Below are positions 9,768 through 18,766 of a stretch of 64,000 nt of DNA, piece after piece (position 1 is the first letter of the stretch; each line of letters begins with the position of its first letter). Made by a program: the position numbers and the translations under genes. Source of the DNA: an uncultured Acidobacteriota bacterium (GTDB lineage: Bacteria > Acidobacteriota > Vicinamibacteria > Fen-336); assembly GCA_963720545.1 (NCBI GenBank), contig OY970399.1, positions 2,080,001-2,144,000 of the forward strand, in the 5' to 3' direction. The notes below the pieces were generated by a model that was given only the letters and a program-made list of their open reading frames with translations, had not been told where the DNA came from and did not search any database.

Positions 9768-10064
9768 CTAGTTCTTCTTGAACATCTTCAGCATGCGGTT
9801 CGTGATGAGGAACCCGCTGACGATGTTGGTCATGGACGCAAACAGCGCCACGGCGCCGAGAAAGGTGATGATCGGCGGATGCGGCTGCCCAGCAATCGCG
9901 ATAGAGCCGACGATGGCGATCGCCGAGATCGCGTTGGTCAGGGACATCAGCGGCGTGTGCAGCAGCCGCGACACCCGGGTGATGACGCCGAGACCGATGA
10001 AGGTCGCAAGCATGAAGACGTACAGGACGGTGACGAACGAATCGCCGGGTGTCGCGTGGGCCAT
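9768..10064 (-). CDS. pntA: NAD(P) transhydrogenase alpha-2 (membrane) subunit
   Basis: LHTPLMSLTNAIS, NIVSGFLITNRMLKMF; 98 aa, directly upstream of pntB. Confidence 0.93.
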   Translation of the reverse strand: MAHATPGDSFVTVLYVFMLATFIGLGVITRVSRLLHTPLMSLTNAISAIAIVGSIAIAGQPHPPIITFLGAVALFASMTNIVSGFLITNRMLKMFKKN

Positions 10065-10097
10065 AGGTTGGCCTCGCAGCATATACTGCGGCGGATC

Positions 10098-11450
10098 ATG
10101 GTCAAGATCCGTCCCATCGGAATTCTCCTCACGCTGCTGGGCGCCGCGATCGCCTCGGGCTCGTGGCTTGCGGGCGCTTACACGTTGGGCCTCGTCGGCC
10201 AGGGGATGCTGGCGCTCGGTCTGGTCCTGTACGGCCTGGACCGCCGCTCGCTGACCAGCTGGATCCTCATCTCGATGGTGCTCGGCGCGCTCGTCGGCCA
10301 TCACTGGCCGGAGGTCGGACAGGGCCTGCGGCTGCTGAGCCAGATCTTCCTGCGGATGATCAAGACGATCATCGCGCCGCTCATCTTCGCGACGCTGGTG
10401 GTGGGCATCGCCGGCCACTCGAACCTGCGCCAGGTGGGCCGGATGGGGGTGAAGGCGCTCGTCTACTTCGAAGTCGTGACGACCATCGCGCTCGTCATAG
10501 GCCTCGCCGCCATCAACATCTCGAAGGCAGGGGTCGGCGTTGTGGCGCCCCCGGCGATGGAGCAGACCAACATCACCGTGGTCAAACAGACGGCGGCCGA
10601 TGTGGTGCTGCACTCGTTCCCGGAGAACATCGCGAAGGCGGTGGCCGAGGGCCACGTGCTGCAGGTGGTGGTGTTCAGCATCCTGTTCGGCATCGGCCTC
10701 GCGCAACTGCGCCCCGACAAGCGCGCGCCGCTGCTGGTGGTGATCGATGCGCTGGCCGAGACGATGTTCAAGTTCACCAACATCGTCATGATGTTTGCGC
10801 CCATCGGCGTCGGCGCCGCCATCGCCTACACCGTCGGCCACATGGGGCTCGGCATTCTCGTCAACCTCTTCAAGCTGCTCGCGACCTTGTATGTGGCACT
10901 CACCGTCTTCCTGCTGGCGGTGCTGCTGCCGGCGGCGCTGTGGGCGCGGCTGCCGCTGCGGCGCTTCATCGCCGCGATCGCCGAGCCGGTCTCGATCGCC
11001 TTCGCCACCACCAGCTCGGAGGCGGCGCTGCCGCTGGCAATGGAGCGCATGGAAAAGCTGGGCGTGCCGCGCCAGATCGTGGCGTTCGTCATGCCCACCG
11101 GCTACAGCTTCAACCTCGACGGGTCCACCCTGTACCTGGCGCTCGCCACCATCTTCGTGGCGCAGGCCGCGAACATGCCGATGACCATCACCCACCAGCT
11201 CGCCATCGTGTTCACGCTGATGCTGACGAGCAAGGGCGTCGCCGGCGTGCCGCGCGCGACGCTCGTGATCCTGCTCGGGACCGCGTCGCAATTCGGCCTG
11301 CCTGAATGGCCCATCCTTGCCATCCTCGGCATCGACGAGTTGATGGACATGGCGCGCACCTCGGTGAACGTCATCGGCAACTGCGTCGCGACTGCCGTGG
11401 TCGCTCGCTGGGAAGGCGAGTTCCCGCCCAAAGAACCCGCGGCGGCCTGA
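10098..11450 (+). CDS. Dicarboxylate/amino acid:cation symporter (DctA/GltP family)
   Basis: FLRMIKTIIAP, AFATTSSEAALP, PTGYSFNLDG, SKGVAGVP, DMARTSVN. Confidence 0.93.
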   Translation: MVKIRPIGILLTLLGAAIASGSWLAGAYTLGLVGQGMLALGLVLYGLDRRSLTSWILISMVLGALVGHHWPEVGQGLRLLSQIFLRMIKTIIAPLIFATLVVGIAGHSNLRQVGRMGVKALVYFEVVTTIALVIGLAAINISKAGVGVVAPPAMEQTNITVVKQTAADVVLHSFPENIAKAVAEGHVLQVVVFSILFGIGLAQLRPDKRAPLLVVIDALAETMFKFTNIVMMFAPIGVGAAIAYTVGHMGLGILVNLFKLLATLYVALTVFLLAVLLPAALWARLPLRRFIAAIAEPVSIAFATTSSEAALPLAMERMEKLGVPRQIVAFVMPTGYSFNLDGSTLYLALATIFVAQAANMPMTITHQLAIVFTLMLTSKGVAGVPRATLVILLGTASQFGLPEWPILAILGIDELMDMARTSVNVIGNCVATAVVARWEGEFPPKEPAAA

Positions 11451-11514
11451 GCCAACCTCCGGCGGCGCGCCCCGGTCTAAACCGCGAGCGCACCTTTTCC
11501 CCGGAGGTTTCATC

Positions 11515-12141
11515 TTGTCCAGTCTCTTGGTTTTCGCACTTCTCGCGGCCACGCCCGCGACCGCTACGCCTGCCGGCAGCTTCGTCGGCCATTGGACGCT
11601 GAACGCCGGCAAGAGCGAGGACGCGCGGCAAAAGATGCGCGACGCGCGCGGCGGTAGCGGCGGCGGCGGCAGCGGCGAACCGGCCGGCCGGCATGGCGGC
11701 GGCGGCATGGGCGGGCGCAGCGGTGGCGGCGGGCACTGGGGCGGCGGCCAGGGCGGCCCCGGCGGTGGTGGCAGCCGCGGCCAGGGCGAAGGCGCGCGGC
11801 CGGCGGCGATGGAAGCGCTGTTCGAGCCCGCGACCGAGCTGACAATCCAGGCTTCCGAGAACGGCATCGACCTCGTGCCCTCAAACCAGTCGATTCGCTC
11901 GCTGCACCCCGACGGCAAGAAGTACAAGGCCGATGCCGGCGGCACCGAGGTGACGAGCCGCTTCGACGGCACAGCACTCGTGGTGGAATCGAAGACGGCG
12001 CACGGCTCGAAACTTGTCGAGACGTTTCGTGTCGACGAGGCGCAGCACCAGCTGGTTGTCGTTGCGCGGATGGAGGGCGGCCGCGGGCCCGCGCTCAGCG
12101 TGACGCGCGTGTACGACGCGGACGCGGAGCCGCAGCCCTAG
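11515..12141 (+). CDS. Hypothetical secreted protein with Gly-rich insert
   Basis: TTG start after GGAGG; signal peptide; FVGHWTLN...SED and a Gly-rich loop. Confidence 0.75.
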   Translation: MSSLLVFALLAATPATATPAGSFVGHWTLNAGKSEDARQKMRDARGGSGGGGSGEPAGRHGGGGMGGRSGGGGHWGGGQGGPGGGGSRGQGEGARPAAMEALFEPATELTIQASENGIDLVPSNQSIRSLHPDGKKYKADAGGTEVTSRFDGTALVVESKTAHGSKLVETFRVDEAQHQLVVVARMEGGRGPALSVTRVYDADAEPQP

Positions 12142-13043
12142 ACGCCCGTGAGCGCGATGCGCGCCGCGCCCACGACACCGGCATCGGCGCCGAGGGTGGC
12201 GCGCACCACCGAGATCTCGCCGCGGAACTGCGTGGCGCGCGACAGCGAACGCCGCATCGCGGCGGCGAACAGCTCGAAGCGGTCTTCGATGATGCCGCCG
12301 GCGAGGACGATGCGCTCCGGAAGACAGGCGTGGGCGATGGTCCACGCCGCGGTCTCGGCGGCGCGCAGCGCGCGTGCCACCACTTCCTGCGCGGCCGGTT
12401 CGCCGCGCTCCGCCGCGGCGAACACTTCGCGGCTGGTGCCGAGGCCGCTGGCGCCGATGGCGGTGCCGGAAGCGAGGCTCTCGAAGCAGCCGTGCGCACC
12501 GCAGTAGCAAGGCGGCCCGTCGGGGTCGACGGGGATGTGGCCGAGCTCCGGATGCTGGCCAGCAAGGCCGCGCACCACGGCGCCGTCCACCACGCTGCCG
12601 CCGCCGATGCCGGTGCCAAACGTCAGCATCACCATGCTGCGGCAGCCGCGCCCGGCGCCAGCGAACGCTTCGCCGATGGCCGCTGCATCGGCATCGTTCT
12701 CGAGCCACACGGGGACGCCGTAGCCGGCAAGCGCCGCGACGACGTTGCGGCCGCCCCAGCCGGGCAGCGTGTAGTCGTTCTCGATCGTGCCGGCCGCGGT
12801 GTCGAGCGGGCCCGGACAACCGATGCCGATGCCGCGCACCGGTGTCGTGCTCCATCCGGCTTCCACCAGGACCGCATCGATCGCCTCACGGATGCGGCCA
12901 ATGCCAGCCTCGAAACCACGCTCGGGCTCGGTGAGCCATTCCCTGCGGCTTGCGACCCTGCCCGTGGCGCTCACGACGCCAACCGCCGTCTTGGTGCCGC
13001 CGATGTCGATGCCGATCGCGCGCTCTTCCGGTCTCTCGCTCAC
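12138..13043 (-). CDS. ROK family sugar kinase
   Basis: GIDIGGTK, ENDADAAA, GTGIGG, ELGH, CYCGAHGCFE; GTG start overlapping the upstream TGA. Confidence 0.92.
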   Translation of the reverse strand: MSERPEERAIGIDIGGTKTAVGVVSATGRVASRREWLTEPERGFEAGIGRIREAIDAVLVEAGWSTTPVRGIGIGCPGPLDTAAGTIENDYTLPGWGGRNVVAALAGYGVPVWLENDADAAAIGEAFAGAGRGCRSMVMLTFGTGIGGGSVVDGAVVRGLAGQHPELGHIPVDPDGPPCYCGAHGCFESLASGTAIGASGLGTSREVFAAAERGEPAAQEVVARALRAAETAAWTIAHACLPERIVLAGGIIEDRFELFAAAMRRSLSRATQFRGEISVVRATLGADAGVVGAARIALTGV

Positions 13044-13774
13044 AACCGGCCCGAAAGCTGGACCGCCGCCGCCATGTCGCAAAGGCAGAGCGCGTCCTGG
13101 TGCACGCGCAGGAAGGACGCCGGGAAGTCGGTGCTGATGGCGCCCTCGCACAGCCGCTTGAGCGCCGCCTGCTTGGCCTCGCCGCTGACCACGAGCAGCA
13201 CGCGCTCCGCCGCCATCAGGTCGCCCATGCCGAGCGTCATGCCGTAGGTGGCCGTGCCCCTGGCCAGGGCCACCATCGAATGGGTGCGCGAGGTCTCGCT
13301 GAGTGTGGCGACATGCGGTCGCAACTGCAGTTCCGCCGCCGGCTCGTTGAAGCCGAGATGGCCGTTGAGGCCGAGTCCGAGGACCGCCATGTCGATGGCG
13401 CCGGCGGCGTCGAGCCAGGACGAGACGCGCTGGCACTCGCGTGCCGGATCGTCGAGGTCGCCGCGAAACGCCATGAAGCGGTGCTCGTCGATGCTCAGCG
13501 GCGCCACCAGCTCACGGCGGATCTGGGTGTCGGAGCTGCCTGGATCGTCGAGGTTCAGGCCGCCCCACTCGTCGAGCTTCACGAGCCGCGCCTGTTGGAA
13601 GGCTTCACGGTGGCGTTCGAGGAGCTGGTAGGCGCGCGACGGTGTTGCGCCGCTCGCGGCGCACAGCAGCAGGCCGGGCCGCGCTTCGGCGGCGGCGACG
13701 ATCTCGGCGGCCGCACGGCGGCTCATCGCTTCGTGATCGGCCGTGACCAGGAGGCGGAAGCCGGGAGCTGCCAT
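13040..13774 (-). CDS. Glucosamine/galactosamine-6-phosphate isomerase-deaminase family (NagB/AgaI-like)
   Basis: ASGATP, KLDEWGG, LGLGLNGHLGFNEP, TLGMGD, FPASFL. Confidence 0.9.
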   Translation of the reverse strand: MAAPGFRLLVTADHEAMSRRAAAEIVAAAEARPGLLLCAASGATPSRAYQLLERHREAFQQARLVKLDEWGGLNLDDPGSSDTQIRRELVAPLSIDEHRFMAFRGDLDDPARECQRVSSWLDAAGAIDMAVLGLGLNGHLGFNEPAAELQLRPHVATLSETSRTHSMVALARGTATYGMTLGMGDLMAAERVLLVVSGEAKQAALKRLCEGAISTDFPASFLRVHQDALCLCDMAAAVQLSGRL

Positions 13775-13829
13775 CCGCAGATTCTAGGGCCAGGCCGGCT
13801 GCTAGACTCCGCCGCTGCGGAGACCACAT

Positions 13830-14771
13830 ATGCGAATCGACCGGCAGCGGATACTCGCCGCGCGCGGCGCCATCGACCCGGTGTTCCTCGACTCGCCGGT
13901 CGTCTCGAGCGGCGGCCTCGACGACCTCCTCGGCTGCCGCTGCGTGCTCAAGGTCGAGACCCTCAACCCGATCCGTTCCTTCAAGGGGCGCGGCACCGAA
14001 GCCGTGATGGAGTCGCTGCGCCCCGCACCGCAGCGGGTCGTGACCACGTCGAGCGGCAACTTCGGCCAGGGGATGGCGCGCGCCGGCGTGCGCCGCGGCA
14101 TCGCGGTCACGGTGTTCTCGTCGGTGGACGACAACCCGGGCAAGCTCGCGGCGATGCGCCGCCTGGGTGCCGACGTGCAGCTCGTCGCGCGCGGCCTTGT
14201 CGGCCGCGACCTGGCGCTCGCCGAAGCGGCGCGCACCGGAGCCACCTTCATTGAGGACGGCGCCCATGAGGAAATCGCGGCAGGTGCTGGCACCCTGGCG
14301 GTCGAGCTGCTGCAACAAACTGGCGGGCTCGACGCAATCCTCGTGCAGATCGGCGACGGCGCGCTCGTCACCGGGGTCGGGTCGTGGATCAAGGAGACGG
14401 CACCTCAGACCCGCGTCCTCGGCGTGTGCGCCGCCGGTTCGCCGGCGATGCTCGCCTCCATCGAGGCAAAGAAGCGGCTGACGCTGCCGGCGAACACGAT
14501 CGCCGACGGCATGGCGATCGACGAGCCGGTCGAGTCCGCCGCGGAAACGATCGCATCGCTCGCCGACGGCTTTGTCGTGGTGGACGACGCCGCGCTCATC
14601 TCCGCCATGGGCCTGTTGCTCCGCGACGCAGGCATCGTCGCGGAGCCTTCGGGTGCCGCCGGCATCGCCGCAATCCTCCAGGAGCCCGAACGCTTTCGCG
14701 GCCAGAGCGTCGGGGTGATCGTCACCGGCAGCAACGTGCTGCCGGAACTGCTGCGCCAGGCGACCTCGTAG
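13830..14771 (+). CDS. PLP-dependent threonine/serine dehydratase-like enzyme
   Basis: KVETLNPIRSFKGRG (PLP Lys), SSGNFG, TIADG, EPSGAAG, TGSN. Confidence 0.9.
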   Translation: MRIDRQRILAARGAIDPVFLDSPVVSSGGLDDLLGCRCVLKVETLNPIRSFKGRGTEAVMESLRPAPQRVVTTSSGNFGQGMARAGVRRGIAVTVFSSVDDNPGKLAAMRRLGADVQLVARGLVGRDLALAEAARTGATFIEDGAHEEIAAGAGTLAVELLQQTGGLDAILVQIGDGALVTGVGSWIKETAPQTRVLGVCAAGSPAMLASIEAKKRLTLPANTIADGMAIDEPVESAAETIASLADGFVVVDDAALISAMGLLLRDAGIVAEPSGAAGIAAILQEPERFRGQSVGVIVTGSNVLPELLRQATS

Positions 14772-14777
14772 CCGCGG

Positions 14778-15263
14778 CTATTTGCTGCCGGAGAATCCGA
14801 TCACCACGCCGCCCGGCGCACGCACGATGGCGATGCGCACGCCTTCCATGATGGTCTCGGGAGACATCAAGGCCGCGGCACCGGCTGCAACCGCCTTGGC
14901 GAACGCCTTGTCCACGTTGGCGACGTGCAGGTACGGGGTGCTGCTGGGCGCTTCGCCGGCGTTCAGGTTGCGGATGCCGCCGCCGCCCTTGTCGGAATAC
15001 GTGAAGAGATGATACTCACCGTTCGGCGACGGAATGCTGGGCTGAAACGTCCAGCCGAGCGCCTCCGCGCACCAGCTCTTTGTAGCACCGGCGTCCGAAC
15101 TCGCGAGCTCTGTGTGGGTGATCCAGCCATCGAGGCCCTTCGAGTCGGCAGGCATCCGCCTCGTCTTCGACGTGCGCGGCCGCGACGATGCCTTCGCCTT
15201 GCGCGCCACCTTCTTCCGCGCGGCCTTCTTCTTCGTCACCTTCTTCGTTCGTTTCTTTGCCAT
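14778..15263 (-). CDS. VOC/glyoxalase family protein with Lys/Arg-rich N-terminal tail
   Basis: AGGAGG SD before ATG; ITHTEL, LGWTF, PYLHVANVD, APGG. Confidence 0.85.
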   Translation of the reverse strand: MAKKRTKKVTKKKAARKKVARKAKASSRPRTSKTRRMPADSKGLDGWITHTELASSDAGATKSWCAEALGWTFQPSIPSPNGEYHLFTYSDKGGGGIRNLNAGEAPSSTPYLHVANVDKAFAKAVAAGAAALMSPETIMEGVRIAIVRAPGGVVIGFSGSK

Positions 15264-15465
15264 CGATCCTCCTGACCAGGTTTCATTGTGTCAGACCGGA
15301 GCTGGCGTGAGTTCCGGCGCATTCAACAAAACCGTTACTCAGACCCTTTCAAAAGAAGACGCCGCGAAGTAAAGTCTCTATCGACGGGCCGGGGGCGGTG
15401 TCGAGCGATCCTGAGCGCGAGACATTGGCTTCGGCCCGTTTTTCTTTTGCGCGCAGCAACGGAGA

Positions 15466-15646
15466 GATCCTTCGCCGCGACGGCACGGCGTCCGCGGCTC
15501 AGGAAAACGGCTGTTACTCAGGACCGAGCGTCAGCGAGGGAGCTGAGCCGATTGGCCGGATTCGATTACGTCGGCGATCTTCGCGAAGCGAAGTCGCGCG
15601 GAACTGAATTCCCGCCGCTCCGACAGGACCGAGCGTCAGCGAGGGA
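15466..15646. repeat. REP-like repeats downstream of tRNA-Ser(GCT)
   Basis: GATCCTTCG...CTCAGGAAAAC module (15466-15508) matching the 8 kb family; 23-bp direct repeat CAGGACCGAGCGTCAGCGAGGGA at 15519-15541 and 15624-15646. Confidence 0.75.
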
Positions 15647-15647
15647 C

Positions 15648-15741
<94 letters not shown>

Positions 15742-15835
15742 GCGAAAGGGTGGATTGCCAATGGGCGTGGCGCAGCTGGCAGGATACCACTTAACATCGC
15801 TGCGGCCTTTTCACGGTCCATAGGGTGGTGCAGCG

Positions 15836-17480
15836 TTGAAAGCAGCGTTTCTCCTGGTCTTTTTGCTCGCCACGGGCGTGCGCGCGAGCGATGCGCTGCT
15901 GCCGCGGATCGAGGACAAGTATCTCGACCTTTTCGAGATTCGTGACCGGCTCGCGGTGGCGCGGGCGAAGGACGCGAAGGCGTTTCCGGACGGCACCACG
16001 GTGACGTCGGCCAGAGCCGACTTCCGCAAGCTCCACGATGAAATCCAGAAGGAGCTCGAGTCGCTCGACCAGGCGGCGCTGCCGGCGGACGACCGCAAGG
16101 CGCTCGAAACGATGCAGCATGCCCTCCTCACCAACCTCTCGCCGCGCGACGACTCGGAACGCACCGAAACCGGCAAGGATGTCGAGTGCCCGTTCGATGC
16201 CGCGGCGGTCTTGAAGAAGACCGGCCTCGAAGGGCCTGCAGAACGCGACCTATGGCTGCTACGGACGCGAGGCAGGAGCGATCGCCTTCGAAGGCAACAA
16301 GTACGCGCGCCTCACCATCCTCGAGATGATGACGCGCGCCGACGATGCGGCGCGGCGCAAGGCGTTGTTCATGGCGATGGTGCCGATGTTCCGCGCGGTG
16401 AACGGCGACGACGATGCGCTGAGCCCGTACCGCTCCATGCTGCCGCTGTCGGCGGCAAAGTGGAACAAGGAAGGCTCGCCGATCGAAGCCAACCTCGAGT
16501 CGCTCGGCATCGAAAGCGCGAAGCTCGAGGGCTGGCTCGTCGCGATCCTCGAGGCGTGGCGCGAGCTGGCGCCGGTCGAGCCGGTCGAGCCGTGGGACTA
16601 CGACTACGTTCACGGTGCCGCCGGCCGCGAACTGGCGGCGCGCGTGCCGCTCGAAGAACTGCTGGCGATCAACAGCCGCGCCTATGCCGACCTCGGCGCC
16701 GATGTCGCGAAGCTGAACGTGCAGTTCGACGTCAAGCCGCGGCCCGGCAAGACGCCGGTGGCGTTCTGCGACTTCGGCGCGCGCCCGCGGCTGCGCAACG
16801 GCGCGTGGACGCCCGGGCAGCCGTCGATCTTCGCCACCTACGAGACGGGCGGCCTCGGCAACCTCAACGAGCTGATCCACGAGACCGGGCACGCCGTGCA
16901 CATCGCCGCCATCCGGACCCGCCCCGCCTATCGCGACTGGCCCGACAGCGACGCGCTCACCGAGGGGCTCGCCGACATGTTCTCGCTCGAGATCTACGAG
17001 CCTGCGTGGCAGCGCAAGTACCTGGGCGCCGAGGCGCCGCTGCGCGACAGCCTGCGCTCGAAATACTCGGGCATCGTCTTCGACGTCGCCTGGGCGCTCT
17101 TCGAGTGGCGCATGCACCGCGAGCCGAACGCCGACCCCAACGCCGTGTGGACCGGCATCGCCGCGCGCTACCTGGGGATCAAGGAACACCCCGAGTGGAG
17201 CTGGTGGGCGCGCCGCGGGCAGCTCGTCAACTCGCCGGGTTACATGATGAACTACGCGCTCGGCGCCATCCTCGTCGCCGACATCCGGGCGCGGGCGCGC
17301 GAGCTGCGCGGGCCGCTGATGGACGACCGCGACTACTACGAATGGCTCTCGGAGCGCATCTACCGCTTCGGACTGTCGCGGCCCTCGGGCGAAGTGGTGC
17401 GCGACTTCCTCGGCCGGGCGCCTTCCGCCGACGCGCTCGTCGCCGACCTGCGGCGCGGCTATCTCAAGGCGGGATCGTAG
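15836..17480 (+). CDS. Secreted gluzincin metallopeptidase (M3/M2/M32-like), split by a +1 frameshift near 16231
   Basis: Signal peptide in the first frame; HETGH...TEG in the second; removing one G from GAAGGGCCTG gives continuous GLEGLQNATYGCYGR. Confidence 0.8.
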
Positions 17481-18670
17481 TCGAACGGATCGACGCCGCG
17501 CTCGTCGGGGCGGCGGCGTGAGAGGTGCAGGCTGCCGTCGGCGGTGGCGCGGATGCGCCGGTAGCCGAGGCGCTCCAGCACGCGGCGGGTGCCACGACGG
17601 CTGGTGCCGACCGTGAACTCATCGGCCCCAACCCGCGTCAGGCCCGGCAGGAACGCGGCGAACACCGCGGTCGGGACCTTGCGGATCAATCCCGAGAATC
17701 GCAGCAGCGAAGCCGGCACGTCGCGCACGATGAAGAACCCGTCGTCGCCCTGCGCCTGGTAGCGCGGCATCAGCAGCCGACCGCTCGTCACCGCACCGAT
17801 GCGGCCGTGATGATCGCGGGCGAGTGTGTGGCCCTTGCGCACGCCCTCGAGGCTCGCGAGACCCGGCTCCATGGTGAAACCGTCCTGCGGGCGCGTCACG
17901 TGCCGGTGGCGCACCTCGACGAAGCGCGGCAATTTGGCGGTCGCCTGCGCCAGCGTTGCGCGGTGTCGCGCGAGGTGGTCCACTTCGTCCGCACGCAGCG
18001 CCCCGGTCGCGACCAGGCTGATCCAGATGGCGGCTTCGTGGCGCAGCACGGTCGCCGGGTCGTCGTTCTGGCCGCCTTCGATCGCGATGCCCGAATGCCC
18101 CAGGTCGCACAGGAAGCCGAGCAGCGTGCCGTCGAGCATCTCTTCGATGCCGAGGATCACCGGCATCGGCAGCGCCGCCGCCACGGTGTAGTTGCGGCGC
18201 ACGTCCGCGATGCACGCGAACGGCGCGCCGGGCCCGGAGGTGCTGTGCAGGTCGATGAAGGTGACGGGCTTCGGATCGGGTTCGCAGATGTAGGGCGCAA
18301 GTGCCGCGAGCAGCCCGCGCTGCGCGGCGTCCTCGTGCGCCGAGCCGTAGCCGTGGCGCAGCGCCGACAGCGTGCGCCCATGCCAGCCGCGGTTGAGGTC
18401 GCGGCTCAGGTAGCGCTGGCCGCTCTTCAGCGCCTCGGGGTTGCCCAGCAGGCCGCAGACAGTACCGCGCAGCGGCAGCTGGCGCTCGCGCAGCTGCGTG
18501 AGCACGCTGCGGATGGCGGCGACGCCGGCCGGCTCGTTGCCGTGCACGCCGCCGATGAGCACGACCGTCGGCCCAGGCTTCCCGGTCGAGTACTTCCCGA
18601 GCTGCCAGGCATCGGTCTTCGGTGCTATGCCTCTCTGGCTGCGCAGGTCGGGAAACTGCAGGACGCTCAT
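17459..18670 (-). CDS. Succinylglutamate desuccinylase/aspartoacylase family (M14-like)
   Basis: GGVHGNE, RDLNR, DLHS, IEGGQ; start chosen 9 nt after TACGCT. Confidence 0.88.
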   Translation of the reverse strand: MSVLQFPDLRSQRGIAPKTDAWQLGKYSTGKPGPTVVLIGGVHGNEPAGVAAIRSVLTQLRERQLPLRGTVCGLLGNPEALKSGQRYLSRDLNRGWHGRTLSALRHGYGSAHEDAAQRGLLAALAPYICEPDPKPVTFIDLHSTSGPGAPFACIADVRRNYTVAAALPMPVILGIEEMLDGTLLGFLCDLGHSGIAIEGGQNDDPATVLRHEAAIWISLVATGALRADEVDHLARHRATLAQATAKLPRFVEVRHRHVTRPQDGFTMEPGLASLEGVRKGHTLARDHHGRIGAVTSGRLLMPRYQAQGDDGFFIVRDVPASLLRFSGLIRKVPTAVFAAFLPGLTRVGADEFTVGTSRRGTRRVLERLGYRRIRATADGSLHLSRRRPDERGVDPFDYDPALR

Positions 18671-18766
18671 GGGAAGCGCAGCGTATCGAAAGGCCGCCGC
18701 GGTGCGAGCTTCCGCCGTCACTGTTTGATCGAAGCGGCGGGTGGACGTGAGAATGCTCACGTTCCC

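Noticed and set aside
11650..11790. GGC-rich tandem repeat
   Set aside because: Encodes a Gly-rich linker within the CDS
17525..18766. N-terminal 414 aa of the 1022-aa ORF, and similar long extensions (724, 9486, 24786, 54805)
   Set aside because: Stop-free run-ins overlapping real neighbouring genes; the true starts are downstream
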